Program-made: the position numbers and the translations under genes
NCBI GenBank assembly: GCA_035285545.1
Contig: JAYKGY010000128.1
Coordinates: forward strand, 32,001 to 96,000
Direction: 5' to 3'
DNA length: 64,000 nucleotides
Origin: Snowella sp.
GTDB lineage: Bacteria > Cyanobacteriota > Cyanobacteriia > Cyanobacteriales > Microcystaceae
Notes under the pieces: model-generated
Databases searched by the model: none
The model's input: the letters and a program-made list of their open reading frames with translations, nothing else
What the model was told of the DNA's origin: nothing
In this document: positions 38,313 to 48,942 of the stretch, in pieces
How positions within the stretch are numbered: the first letter of the stretch is position 1
How the letters are laid out: every line of letters starts with the position of its first letter

Positions 38313-39287
38313 CTATGCTCGCCAATTAAAAAACATTGTTGTGGCTAAAATTGCAATGCCAAAGATTAAGCGGTACCAGACGAAAACCCAGGTGCTGCTT
38401 TTTTGTAAGTAACGTAATAACCAGGCGATCGCGAGATAGGAAAAAACGGCAGAGGACAGAACACCGATCACCAAAGGAAGCACCGTATCGCCCGAAAATC
38501 CGGCTTTAAAAGCATCTTTAAGTTCCACTAACCCCGCTAAGGTAATGGCAGGAATGCCTAACAGAAAAGAAAATCGGGCCGCCGTGGCCCGTTCTAAATT
38601 GATAAATAAGCCTGCGGTTAGGGTTGAACCAGAGCGAGAAACCCCAGGAATTAAGGCTAAAGATTCCGCTAAGCCCATGATGATACCATCTTGCCAACGT
38701 AATTTTTCGTAGGGACGACGATGGGTTCCCAATTTTTCCGCTAATCCCAACAGAATCGCCATAACAATAGACGCGATCGCGATCGTGGTTAAACTGCGTA
38801 GGGGCGAACCATCTAAATCAGAAACCAGCAGCTTTAACAATAAGCCAAAAAAGATAATAGGCAAAGTTCCTAGCCCAATTCCCAACGCTAACTTAAATTC
38901 TAAAGAACTATAATCTTTTGTCTTGATCGCTTTCACCATTCCCAGGGTAATTTGCGATAAATCACTCCAGAAGTACCAAACTACCGCCGCAATACTGCCT
39001 AACTGAATGACTGCCGTGTAGGAAACCCCCGGATCTCCCCACCCCAAAGCAACCGGAATGACTTTTAAGTGGGCAGTACTACTAATGGGTAAAAATTCCG
39101 TTAAACCTTGGACTAATCCTAAAATCAACGCTTGAAACCAGTTCATTTGAGCCGCCGTTGCCGTTTCTTCTGCTGCTTGGGCATTAATCAGACCATGATC
39201 TAAGAAAACAAGGGTTATTCCCAAAAATGCACAAATCCCAAAAAAGCCAAGTTTGCGTGAAAGCATTGATTGATCCATCGAAAGCAA
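38313..39287 (-). CDS. uppP: Undecaprenyl-diphosphatase
   Basis: QGLTEFLPISSTAH and PGVSRSGST motifs. Confidence 0.96.
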   Translation of the reverse strand: MLSMDQSMLSRKLGFFGICAFLGITLVFLDHGLINAQAAEETATAAQMNWFQALILGLVQGLTEFLPISSTAHLKVIPVALGWGDPGVSYTAVIQLGSIAAVVWYFWSDLSQITLGMVKAIKTKDYSSLEFKLALGIGLGTLPIIFFGLLLKLLVSDLDGSPLRSLTTIAIASIVMAILLGLAEKLGTHRRPYEKLRWQDGIIMGLAESLALIPGVSRSGSTLTAGLFINLERATAARFSFLLGIPAITLAGLVELKDAFKAGFSGDTVLPLVIGVLSSAVFSYLAIAWLLRYLQKSSTWVFVWYRLIFGIAILATTMFFNWRA

Positions 39288-39417
39288 CTCAAAAATTTTA
39301 ACCTACTCCTCTCCCTTTGAATTTGCAATTTTGAGCGTATCTGAATTGAGAAACCTGCGTTCAACTTGTGCCCCTCAGCCGTTAATCTAGATAAGGACAG
39401 GTAAGAGGATATTCAAC

Positions 39418-40716
39418 GTGGCGTTTAAGATTGGTTTACTTGGCTTAGGAACCGTAGGCACAGGAACGGTGGCAATTTTACAAGACCCGTTGGGACGCAA
39501 TCCCTTATTGAAGGATATTGAAGTACATCGGGTGGGGGTGCGATCGCTGGAGAAAAACCGTGAGGTTAACTTACCATTGGGAGTTTTAACCACCGATTTA
39601 GAAGCCATTGTCACCGATCCCGACATTGACATTGTGGTGGAACTAATGGGGGGACTAGAACCAGCGCGATCGCTGATTTTGAAAGCCATTGCCCACAAAA
39701 AACACGTTGTTACGGCCAATAAAGCGGTGATTGCCCGTTACGGCCATGAAATTTATAGCGCGGCCAATGAAGCCAGGGTTTACGTTTTACTCGAAGCAGC
39801 GGTGGGGGGCGGCATTCCCATCATTAAACCCCTCAAACAATCCTTGGGCGCAAACCGTATTCAAAGCATTATCGGTATTGTCAACGGCACGACTAATTAC
39901 ATCCTGACCCAAATGACCACCGAGGGAGCCGACTTTGAAACGGTCTTAGCTGAAGCCCAAAAATTAGGCTATGCCGAAGCCGATCCCAGTGCCGATGTGG
40001 ATGGTTACGATGCCGCCGATAAAATTGCGATTTTGGCCTCCCTGGGATTTGGGGGACGGGTCAAGCGTGAAGACGTTTACTGCGAGGGCATTCGTCAAGT
40101 GAGTGCAATGGATATTACCTACGCCGACAAATTAGGCTTTGTGATTAAACTATTGGCGATCGCGGAAGGATTACAGGGGGAAGAATCCGAGGTCTTGCAA
40201 CTCCGAGTCCATCCCACCCTAGTCCCCAAAGCCCATCCCTTGGCCAACATCAATGGGGTGTATAACGGCATCTTAGTCGAAGGCAATCCCTTGGGTCAGG
40301 TCATGTTCTACGGTAGAGGAGCCGGAGCGGGCCCAACTGCCAGCGCGGTCGTTTCCGATGTGTTAAATATTGTAGGGATTTTATCCAGTAGCCAAGTCAC
40401 CGATGATCTAGACCCTTTACTCAGTTGTATTCATCAGCATTATTGCCAAGTTACCCCAATTGAGAATCTGGAAACCCGTTTTTATGCCCGTTTCTTGTGT
40501 TACGACATGCCAGGGGTCATTGGTCATATTGGCATGAGTTTTGGTAATCATCAGGTCAGCTTAGAATCGGTCGTGCAAATTGGGTTTCAAGAAGAATGTG
40601 CAGAAATTGTGGTGGTGACCCATAATGTCAAAGAAGGTAATTTTCGAGCCGCTTTAGCAGAAATGGAACAATTAGAAGCAATTAAAGCAATTCCCAGTGT
40701 TTTGCGAGTCCTGTAA
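39418..40716 (+). CDS. hom: Homoserine dehydrogenase with C-terminal ACT domain
   Basis: GLGTVG, TANK, EAAVGGGIP, NGTTNYIL, GYAEADP..DVDG, GAGAGPTA. Confidence 0.96.
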   Translation: MAFKIGLLGLGTVGTGTVAILQDPLGRNPLLKDIEVHRVGVRSLEKNREVNLPLGVLTTDLEAIVTDPDIDIVVELMGGLEPARSLILKAIAHKKHVVTANKAVIARYGHEIYSAANEARVYVLLEAAVGGGIPIIKPLKQSLGANRIQSIIGIVNGTTNYILTQMTTEGADFETVLAEAQKLGYAEADPSADVDGYDAADKIAILASLGFGGRVKREDVYCEGIRQVSAMDITYADKLGFVIKLLAIAEGLQGEESEVLQLRVHPTLVPKAHPLANINGVYNGILVEGNPLGQVMFYGRGAGAGPTASAVVSDVLNIVGILSSSQVTDDLDPLLSCIHQHYCQVTPIENLETRFYARFLCYDMPGVIGHIGMSFGNHQVSLESVVQIGFQEECAEIVVVTHNVKEGNFRAALAEMEQLEAIKAIPSVLRVL

Positions 40717-40840
40717 TAATGAATAATTAATAATGGATAATTGATAATTATTGACTTCCTAATTTTTATTAACTAATTCCTATCAACTATTAATTACTAA
40801 TTATTAACTATTAATTATTAACTATTAATTATTAACTATC
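40717..40840. repeat. AT-rich heptamer (TAATTAA/TTAACTA/TTAATTA) repeat tract, STRR-like, in inverted arrangement
   Basis: TAAT(G/T)(A/G)A units after the hom stop are followed by complementary TT/TC AA(C/T)TA units, including TTAATTATTAACTA iterations. Confidence 0.75.
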
Positions 40841-40869
40841 TAAGCTGATTAAGATGAGCTAACTCGTTT

Positions 40870-41778
40870 ATGGTAAAGCCAACCCATCTTTCTTTGCGTT
40901 TTCCTAACAGTCTGGCAGTCTTTTGGGTATTGACCCTGTTTTCCTTCTTGTTTATGGCGCGATCGCCGATTACAGTAGCTCAATCTTCCCCCGATTCCTT
41001 AGCCCTCAAATGTGCTGAGCCGGTTCTGTCTAAACTGAAGCGTCATAAAATTGCCAAAGGTGAAACGGTTGAGTCCATTGCCCAACGCTATAAATTAGCC
41101 CCTGAAACCTTAGTTAGACTTAATCCCAACTTAGGGAAAGGCCAAGCTCCTGTGGGACAAGAGATCCTGATTCCGCCATTTAATGGTATTCGCGTTACAG
41201 TTCCCCCTGGGGCGACCTGGCAAGACTTAGCCAAAGCCTATGGGGTACGTGCAGATTTACTCTTTGAACTCAATGGTTGCCAAAAAAATCCCACGGTTGC
41301 TTTTATTCCGGGCATCACCTGGACACCGACCACTCAAAAACCCAAAGATAATTACACGGGCTTAAGTGCTTACCCCTTACCCGCGATCGCCAAAATTGGC
41401 CTCGATTATGGCTGGCAAAAAAATCCCCAAACTCAACAAACGTTTTTTCACAGTGGCGTAGATCTGATTGCCCCTGTCAATACCCCCGTCCTAGCGGCCG
41501 CTTCAGGAACCGTTGTTTTAGTCAGTAAAGAAGGCCCCTATGGCTTTTTGGTCATTATCGATCACGGGCAAGGTCGGCAAACCCGTTATGCTCAACTCAG
41601 CCGCTTTCAAGTAGAAACCGGCCAGACTGTTAACTCAGGTCAAACCATCGGTTATGTCGGAACCAGTGGCCGCCCCGATATTGCCGAACCCCATTTACAT
41701 TTTGAAGTGCGTTTTCAGTCCCCTGTCGGTTGGGTCGCCCAAGACCCTAAATTACATTTACCGAAAACTAAGTCTTAA
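40870..41778 (+). CDS. LysM + M23 metallopeptidase
   Basis: Two LysM-like repeats; HSGVD and PHLHFE motifs. Confidence 0.92.
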   Translation: MVKPTHLSLRFPNSLAVFWVLTLFSFLFMARSPITVAQSSPDSLALKCAEPVLSKLKRHKIAKGETVESIAQRYKLAPETLVRLNPNLGKGQAPVGQEILIPPFNGIRVTVPPGATWQDLAKAYGVRADLLFELNGCQKNPTVAFIPGITWTPTTQKPKDNYTGLSAYPLPAIAKIGLDYGWQKNPQTQQTFFHSGVDLIAPVNTPVLAAASGTVVLVSKEGPYGFLVIIDHGQGRQTRYAQLSRFQVETGQTVNSGQTIGYVGTSGRPDIAEPHLHFEVRFQSPVGWVAQDPKLHLPKTKS

Positions 41779-41867
41779 GACTATTTGAAGAGCTACGCAA
41801 ATTCATTAAAAGTCATCTGGGTAATTTTTAATTACGATAAAGAAAACAAGAAAATGAATGATTAATT

Positions 41868-42305
41868 ATGACGACTACCTGGGATGAACTTGTTTTTAAG
41901 TCACCCTATTTAGCTGTAGAAAAAGCCAAAGAATTGCTACAGGAGGGGCAAATGACTGAAGCCTATAATCTTTTAGAAAGTTTAACGGAATCAATGGGGC
42001 GATCAGAAAAGCGTGCGGTTAGTAGTCAACTCACACGGCTCATGCTTCATATTATTAAATGGAAATGCCAACCAGAAAAACGCAGCGTCAGTTGGATTAT
42101 TTCCATTCGTTCGGCACGACGAGAGATTGCTGATAGCCAAGAGGAAATGCCAAGTCTGAATCGAGATTTTTTATATTCGATTTGGGATAAGTGCTTTATT
42201 GCAGCCAAACAAGATGCGAGAGATGAAATGGGAAAAAAGCCAGAAATTTTGACCTTAACGTGGTCTGAAGTTTTTGAGGAAACTTATACTTTCTGGGAAG
42301 ATTAA
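41868..42305 (+). CDS. DUF29-family protein
   Basis: ESMGRSEKRAVSSQL..LMLHIIKW..QPEKRS.SW, PSL motifs. Confidence 0.88.
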   Translation: MTTTWDELVFKSPYLAVEKAKELLQEGQMTEAYNLLESLTESMGRSEKRAVSSQLTRLMLHIIKWKCQPEKRSVSWIISIRSARREIADSQEEMPSLNRDFLYSIWDKCFIAAKQDARDEMGKKPEILTLTWSEVFEETYTFWED

Positions 42306-42986
42306 TTAATTTAAAATTTTCAGCATTTGATTGCCCCCACGCTGAAATTCGTAGGAAACGCGCTGAATTTCACAATTATATCCATTTTCTTCTAGCTTAG
42401 TCACAATAGGCACTAGATAAGGAGACGTTTCTAACGATAAAGTCAATAAGGGAAAAATTCGCACTTCCTTGCAAACTCGCAACATTTCCTTAATCGCTTG
42501 AAAATGAAAAGACTCATCTAAATGGGCCGAATATAAAAAGAGAAAATGGGAACAAAGACCTAATTCAAATTGTTGATTTTGATAGAGTAACGTCGGTAAT
42601 TCTCCGATTTGATAACGATTTTCGATTTTTCCTGCTGCAAAATCCTGACAAAATAGCTCTAGTGTCCGTTCTCGATTACGTTTTAAGTCATCGGGCGAGT
42701 GATGATATGCCCAAACCCAATCCTCTGGCGTATTTCTCACTTGTTTAATAATTAGATCAACCACTTGATTAAAGCGATCGCGGATTTGCTCAGTAGTGAA
42801 AGAATACAAAGGATCAACTGACGTAATGTTCGCTCCTAACAGCGTACCTTCTGCATTAAAACTGGCTGGCCCATCGGCAACACTTAAAATTGATTTTTGC
42901 AAGTCTTGTTGAGTGAGATTGAACATTTTTCGGTATTCGTCTAGCGATCGCCCAAAGGGAACCACTTCAGTCAATTGCATTGCCAT
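42306..42986 (-). CDS. SAM-dependent methyltransferase-like protein
   Basis: GRSLDEY, DGPASF, LCSHFLFLY, EVRIFPL, YEFQRGGN motifs. Confidence 0.8.
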   Translation of the reverse strand: MAMQLTEVVPFGRSLDEYRKMFNLTQQDLQKSILSVADGPASFNAEGTLLGANITSVDPLYSFTTEQIRDRFNQVVDLIIKQVRNTPEDWVWAYHHSPDDLKRNRERTLELFCQDFAAGKIENRYQIGELPTLLYQNQQFELGLCSHFLFLYSAHLDESFHFQAIKEMLRVCKEVRIFPLLTLSLETSPYLVPIVTKLEENGYNCEIQRVSYEFQRGGNQMLKILN

Positions 42987-43223
42987 CGATCTTACTGCTC
43001 CCTACCTTTTTATTGGTGAACGTTACTCAATGAGCCTCACTCTTAGGATAGATTAATTTGGAAAAGTCAAAGTTAGCAGGAAAACTAGGCTACAATAATT
43101 AGCCGCTTAAGGATAGTTAAAACGCACAAAATAACTTGAAAAAGAGCGAGAGTATTGACAAAAGTAGATTCTTAATAATTGATCAATTGCTCATAATAAA
43201 TAGTGATAAATTAGGATGCTTGA

Positions 43224-44405
43224 ATGAATCGTCAATTTTGGATAATCGCCTTAATTTCCTTCATTAATTCCCTCAGTATGACGATCCTCATTCCTGTCAT
43301 TTATCTGTATGGCAGACAATTTGGACTTAATGATCTACAAACCAGTTTTTTATTCTCCGCCTATTCTGTCGCTCAGTTTTTTGCCACGCCGGTTATCGGC
43401 AAGTTAGCCGATCGCTTCGGACGCAAACCATTATTAATTCTGAGTTTATTGGGAACTGTCGTTGCCAACAGCTTGGCCGGCACTGCAACCACGGCGTTTG
43501 TTCTCTTTTTTGCTCGATTTTTAGATGGAATTACGGGGGGAAATGCCTCGGTCGCTCAGGCGGTCATTGCGGATGTTACTTCCCCTGAACAACGGGCAAA
43601 AGCCTTTGGTATTAATGGAGCGGCCTTTGGGTTGGGTTTTGTGCTTGGCCCGGTGATTAGTCTTTTAGCTCAGCAAATTTCCCTGGGAGCCGCTTTTCTA
43701 GCATCGGGCGCGATCGCGTTTATTGCCCTCCTATTAACGATCTTTTTTCTGCCTGAAACCTTGGAACAGAAAGCCACCAAAGCCAAGAATATTTTTGATT
43801 TGGGCTTAGGCAATTTAATCAAAGGATTAAAATTACCGAAAATCGGGATTTTGTTAATCATTAATTTCTTTTTAGGGACAACGTTTACAATTTTTACCTA
43901 TGCGTTTCAGCCCTACTTTATTGAAGTTTTAAATCAAAATAACCAGTCACTAACCCTGATGTTTTTGAGTTTTGGGGTTTTAGGCGTTGTGATGCAAACC
44001 TGGGGAATTGGTTGGTTAACTCGTCAATTTCAGTTAGTCCAAATTTTATTTCTAGGCTTATTGATTCGGAGTTTATCTTTCCTCTTGATGCCGGTTTGGG
44101 CCAATGTGATTTATTTTACGGCGATTAGCATTGTTTTTTCTCTGTTTAATGCCCTCGTACAACCCATGATCAATGCCCTAATTTCCTTAAACACTAAACC
44201 CGAAGATCAGGGAATGGCTCTGGGTCTTAATGCGTCCTATTTAGGGGTGTCTAATGCCTTTGGCCCGGTCATTGCAGGATTGTTAGTTCATCGCGAAAAT
44301 CCCATTACCTATTCCTATCCCCTTTATCTCTCTGGTATTTTAACGTTGATGGTTTTGGCAGTGGCGATCGCAACCCGTCGTCAATATGCGGTCAAAACAG
44401 CGTGA
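43224..44405 (+). CDS. MFS transporter (TetA/DHA1-like)
   Basis: GKLADRFGRKP motif A, ARFLDG, GFVLGP; 12 TM segments. Confidence 0.92.
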   Translation: MNRQFWIIALISFINSLSMTILIPVIYLYGRQFGLNDLQTSFLFSAYSVAQFFATPVIGKLADRFGRKPLLILSLLGTVVANSLAGTATTAFVLFFARFLDGITGGNASVAQAVIADVTSPEQRAKAFGINGAAFGLGFVLGPVISLLAQQISLGAAFLASGAIAFIALLLTIFFLPETLEQKATKAKNIFDLGLGNLIKGLKLPKIGILLIINFFLGTTFTIFTYAFQPYFIEVLNQNNQSLTLMFLSFGVLGVVMQTWGIGWLTRQFQLVQILFLGLLIRSLSFLLMPVWANVIYFTAISIVFSLFNALVQPMINALISLNTKPEDQGMALGLNASYLGVSNAFGPVIAGLLVHRENPITYSYPLYLSGILTLMVLAVAIATRRQYAVKTA

Positions 44406-44412
44406 CCCTCAA

Positions 44413-46182
44413 TTACTGAGTTGCGGTTAACCATTGGGTAATGTCTGCCTGGGGTAACGGTTTACTAAATAAAAAGCCTTGACCAAATTCACAATTTAAT
44501 TCAGCTAACAGTTGTTGTTGGGTTCGAGTTTCAATGCCTTCCGCAATCACATCCATTTTCAAAATATGGGCAAGTTCGATGATCGTTTTGACAATTGCCT
44601 TTCTTTCCCCATCGCCTTCAATTTGATTGACAAAGGAGCGATCAATTTTAAGCGTATTAATAGGAAAACGATGTAAATAATTCAAAGAAGAATAGCCTGT
44701 CCCAAAGTCATCAATACTAATTTGAATGCAGCGATCGCGGAGTTGATTTAAAATTTGGGTTGCAGAATCAATATTTTCAATAATGGCAGATTCCGTAATT
44801 TCTAACTTTAAACAATGGGCTGAAATAGCTAATCTTTCAATAATTTCATCTATCTTTTCTAATAAATGGGGCTGGGCAAACTGCTTAGGAGAAAGATTAA
44901 TACTCATGGTTACTTGAGCATCAATCAGTTGAGCCTGTTGCCATTGTGTCAGTTGTAAACACGCGGTTTCTAAAACCCATAGCCCCAAGGGAATAATTAA
45001 CCCCGTATCTTCTGCTAAGGGAATAAAATCCAAAGGAGAAATAATCCCTAATGTGGGATGAATCCAACGAACTAAGGCTTCAAAACCGACCAATTTTTCG
45101 GATTCTAAATGAATAATGGGTTGATAATAAACCGTAAAGGCGGATTGAATTAAAGACTGTCGCAATTCACTTTCGAGTTGTAGCAGAGCCACCGCATTTT
45201 TGTGCATGGTCGCATCAAACAGTTGATAACATCCCTTTCCCCTCGCTTTCGCCTTATACATCGCAATATCGGCATCTCTTAAAATTTGTTCCGGTTGCGA
45301 ATAACCGCGATTTAAGCAAATACCAATACTAAAATTAATAAAAATGGGATTGTTATTGAGCGAAAAAGGATAACTCATGGCTTGATGGATACTTTCCGCT
45401 AGTTGAATCACTTCTTCTGTGTCTTGAATCCCTTCTACTAAAATGGTGAATTCATCTCCACCAATGCGAGCCAAGGTTACCCCTTCCCTTAGAGAAGATA
45501 ACAAGCGTTGCCCGACTGCAATCAACAATTCATCCCCCATTAAGTGCCCCAAGGAATCATTGACCACCTTGAAGCGATCGCCATCTAAAAAAAGTACTGC
45601 AAAGGCGAAATCGGGATCAACCGTGGCGCGAGTAATCGCATCTTGTAACTTTTGTAAAAATAAAGCGCGATTGGGTAAATTGGTTAATGAATCATGGAGA
45701 GCTAAATAATGCAGCCGTTCTTGGGCTTTCTCTAACTCATGGGTTCTTTCTTTTACCCGTTCCTCTAAAACCAGATTCAGTTGGCGAATCTCAGCCCTAG
45801 CCACCTGTAACTGGAGTTGATTTTCAACCCTAGCAATGACCTCTTCCACTTGAAACGGCTTCGTAATGTAATCCACCCCTCCCACGGAAAAAGCCGTTAC
45901 CTTATCAATCACATCCCCCAGGGCACTAATAAAAATAATCGGAATCTCTTGGGTTTTCGGATTGGCTTTTAACTGCCGGCAAACCTCATAGCCATTCAGT
46001 TCAGGCATAAAAATATCCAGCAAAATCAGATCGGGGGGAATCGTCTGAATCGCTCGTAATCCATGGGAACTTTTGGCCGCACTACGAACTTTATAGCCCC
46101 TTTCCGTTAGAATTCTCGCTAACAAAGTCAGATTTTCCGGCGTGTCATCAATGACCACAATATCTGCTTTGGAGAAAGCCAT
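44413..46182 (-). CDS. REC-GGDEF-EAL diguanylate cyclase/phosphodiesterase
   Basis: DD/DIFMP/KPF receiver motifs; intact GGDEF; EAL and DDFGTGYSS. Confidence 0.95.
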   Translation of the reverse strand: MAFSKADIVVIDDTPENLTLLARILTERGYKVRSAAKSSHGLRAIQTIPPDLILLDIFMPELNGYEVCRQLKANPKTQEIPIIFISALGDVIDKVTAFSVGGVDYITKPFQVEEVIARVENQLQLQVARAEIRQLNLVLEERVKERTHELEKAQERLHYLALHDSLTNLPNRALFLQKLQDAITRATVDPDFAFAVLFLDGDRFKVVNDSLGHLMGDELLIAVGQRLLSSLREGVTLARIGGDEFTILVEGIQDTEEVIQLAESIHQAMSYPFSLNNNPIFINFSIGICLNRGYSQPEQILRDADIAMYKAKARGKGCYQLFDATMHKNAVALLQLESELRQSLIQSAFTVYYQPIIHLESEKLVGFEALVRWIHPTLGIISPLDFIPLAEDTGLIIPLGLWVLETACLQLTQWQQAQLIDAQVTMSINLSPKQFAQPHLLEKIDEIIERLAISAHCLKLEITESAIIENIDSATQILNQLRDRCIQISIDDFGTGYSSLNYLHRFPINTLKIDRSFVNQIEGDGERKAIVKTIIELAHILKMDVIAEGIETRTQQQLLAELNCEFGQGFLFSKPLPQADITQWLTATQ

Positions 46183-46253
46183 CGGTTCTCGTACTCCTAC
46201 TTGATCGCATTGAAAAAGACCGGCAGATTACTCTTCCACCCATGATGATTCCC

Positions 46254-47396
46254 CTATTCCGACGCTGAATCAGGCTCAGTTTTAGATTTAGATTTTGCTT
46301 TCGTTGTTTTGCCCTTAGTTTTCCGTGTGGTCGTCGTTTTCACGGGTTTTGGCTCAGGAGTCGCGATCGCTAATTCAACAGGAGTTTCCACAGGGGTTTC
46401 TACTGAGCTTTCTACTGGGGCTTCGGTAGATAAGGCCACAGAAGTTTCTTCGGGGGAGGCAACAGGCGTTGCGGCAGCTAACTCCACTGATGATGGTTCG
46501 ACTGGCGTTTCCTGCGGGGTTTCAACAACCAACTCCACTGACGCTTCTGGAGAAGCAGCAACTAGGGAATCTGAAGGACTTTCCCCAGAGCTTTCCGCTT
46601 GATCGGGAGCTTTGGATTCAGCCTTAGATTTCTTCTGAGGTTTGGGAGGACGGATTGATTTTTCGGTTGTTGTTTCTGTCTCGGCTGCTTCCTCCGTATT
46701 TCCGGCGGTCTTATCCCTCGATTTGGAGCGGAGGTTCGTTCCTTCCATTGGGGGCTTTTTCACCCGTCTTGGTGCAACGTCTTGCGGTTCTGCAATTTGG
46801 GAAACAAACCCAAAACAAGCCCGTTGGGGAATAAGACGAGCCATAATTTGGCAAAATTTCGGTTTTTCCTCAGAATCTTTCCGAAAGCGATAGGGGGGCT
46901 GATCGGCCCAAATGAGGGGCAAGTGCTGATTGGAGGGGCGATTTTCGTAATTTTTGAGTTCATTGCGATAAATCGTAAAAACAGGACGACGACACTGGGG
47001 AATAAATTGCCAAATGCCTCTGAGGACAAAAATGCCTGGCTCTCCCTTTTCTGCCTGTTCTGTCCCCATCCAAACGGCTTTAAAACTCAAGCCTTCGCCT
47101 TTAGACTGGGGATAGCATTTTATCCAAACGACTTGATCAATATGATTATTGGCTACTGCCATCACTCGACGAGGCAGATACAAAGGAAAAAGACTGTCTT
47201 TGATTTGTACCTGAAAACGATCTTCCGCCTTGGAAATTTTCCCCCGTAGCCACCCGATTGCCTGGTAATAGTTTTGGGGAGTTGTGTCTAATTTGACCTC
47301 AACCTCTACCGATGATTCGGGAGACAATTCCGAAGGAGAAGATTCTTCTGCAAGATTTTGAGAAGAGGTAGGAGGGGTGGGCGGGGTCGGTTCCAT
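46254..47396 (-). CDS. Conserved hypothetical protein with long Pro/Glu/Ser/Thr-rich and Lys-rich tail
   Basis: 380-aa ORF; globular core (YQAIG, LRGIWQFIPQCR) flanked by low-complexity regions. Confidence 0.7.
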   Translation of the reverse strand: MEPTPPTPPTSSQNLAEESSPSELSPESSVEVEVKLDTTPQNYYQAIGWLRGKISKAEDRFQVQIKDSLFPLYLPRRVMAVANNHIDQVVWIKCYPQSKGEGLSFKAVWMGTEQAEKGEPGIFVLRGIWQFIPQCRRPVFTIYRNELKNYENRPSNQHLPLIWADQPPYRFRKDSEEKPKFCQIMARLIPQRACFGFVSQIAEPQDVAPRRVKKPPMEGTNLRSKSRDKTAGNTEEAAETETTTEKSIRPPKPQKKSKAESKAPDQAESSGESPSDSLVAASPEASVELVVETPQETPVEPSSVELAAATPVASPEETSVALSTEAPVESSVETPVETPVELAIATPEPKPVKTTTTRKTKGKTTKAKSKSKTEPDSASE

Positions 47397-47842
47397 AAGA
47401 ATTTTGAATAGTGGCGTTTATTGGATTAAGTATGCGTGACAAGCTAAGCAAAGGCAAGTAGTTTGATAATAATGCTTTAAGAGCAATGGATTCAAATTTT
47501 TGCTGACATTCCCATTACTGAATCGCCTAACTTGTTCCCAATGAGTAAATAAATACTCTTGTTAATTTACTCCAAAATGACATATTTAGCGGATTTATGA
47601 AAAGTACATGTTACGGAATTTGAACGTTTTGAGAGCAGCTTGCCTTATTCCACAATGATTTAAATTTATCCCATACCAAATTAAATAGAAAAGATGACAC
47701 CCTCCCACCTACGATTTTCTCCCCTAGCAAGGAAATCAACTTGAACATCTTAATTTGCGCGTTAATCCACTTCATGGGGTCTCAATTCTCCATCAGCATT
47801 GGTCGGGAACCTGAAACCCATTACAGTTTAAAAGATGTCTTT

Positions 47843-47870
47843 GAACCTTTTCAGGAGAGCTTGGGTCTAA
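47843..47870 (+). promoter_or_regulatory. ECF sigma-type promoter upstream of sigH
   Basis: GAACCTTTT (47843) and GTCTAA (47865-47870), same motif pair as upstream of sigG. Confidence 0.65.
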
Positions 47871-47899
47871 AGGACTGTATCCACGGATGAGGTAAATAG

Positions 47900-48487
47900 G
47901 TGTTAGTGGAAAACCTAACCCGAATGGCGGATAAACAGTTAGTTCTCCAGTGTCAACAGGGGAATTCAGACTCTTTTCGCCACTTATATCGACGTTATCA
48001 AGCTAAAGTGCGTTCTACGCTGTATCAATTATGTGGCAATAACCGCTTAGATGATCTCGTTCAGGAGGTGTTTTTACGAGTTTGGAAAGGATTACCCAAG
48101 TTACGAGAAACGACTTACTTTTCGACCTGGCTCTACCGCATTACCTGGAATGTGGCGATCGATGAACGGCGAAAGTTTGCTAAATCGGGCTGGGCGATCG
48201 CCGAGGATCTCAGTGAGGTTGCAACCGAGTTATCTCGTCCCCAAGATAGCCCCAATTTAATGCAATTGCATTATCAAGACTTGATTCAGCAAGGGTTACA
48301 GTCTTTGAGCTTAGAACATCGAGCGGTTTTAGTGTTACATGATTTAGAGGATTTACCTCAAAAAGAAGTGGCTGATATCTTGCAATTACCAACAGGAACC
48401 GTAAAATCTCGGCTGTTTTATGCTCGGCAGGCCATCCGCACTTTTTTACAGCAGCAAGGAGTTTATCATGCGTCAATTTCCGAATAA
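47900..48487 (+). CDS. sigH: ECF sigma factor SigH-like
   Basis: DDLVQEVFLRVWK, FSTWLYRI, GTVKSRLFYAR; followed by anti-sigma-like and Spy/CpxP genes. Confidence 0.8.
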   Translation: MLVENLTRMADKQLVLQCQQGNSDSFRHLYRRYQAKVRSTLYQLCGNNRLDDLVQEVFLRVWKGLPKLRETTYFSTWLYRITWNVAIDERRKFAKSGWAIAEDLSEVATELSRPQDSPNLMQLHYQDLIQQGLQSLSLEHRAVLVLHDLEDLPQKEVADILQLPTGTVKSRLFYARQAIRTFLQQQGVYHASISE

Positions 48488-48896
48488 TTCCTCTGATCAG
48501 GATCGGAATGACAATTTTGATCCTGATTTTGTTCGCTTCCTCCAGCAATATCAACCACTGCCCCCGAATCCCAGTCAGGGTCTAGAAGAACGGATCATGT
48601 CCCTTATTCAGACTGAACCTCCTGGCTTGCGATTGGATCAACGGTTTTGGATGATTCCTACGGCGATCGCCACCGGATTATGTCTACTTTGGGGAGGGTC
48701 TCGATGGATGCAATCTAACACCCCCTTGGCTGGCACAATGCAAACGCAGGAAATAGAAGCCTTTCTCGTCGATAATTGGCAAACGGTTGTTACGCCTGAA
48801 CCCCATTCCCCTGCCCTGACCACATCGGTTAACGATTGGCAACTGCTAACCCAGCCGGAAATGACGGGTTATTTATCCACTGCCTATCAACCCTAG
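48468..48896 (+). CDS. Putative membrane anti-sigma factor
   Basis: ATG 48468 after AGGAG overlapping the sigma gene end; FLQQYQPLPP...LEERIM then a TM helix. Confidence 0.72.
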   Translation: MRQFPNNSSDQDRNDNFDPDFVRFLQQYQPLPPNPSQGLEERIMSLIQTEPPGLRLDQRFWMIPTAIATGLCLLWGGSRWMQSNTPLAGTMQTQEIEAFLVDNWQTVVTPEPHSPALTTSVNDWQLLTQPEMTGYLSTAYQP

Positions 48897-48942
48897 TTTT
48901 TCAATTATTTTTAATCTTTCCCTATCTAAGAGGTTTAATGCC

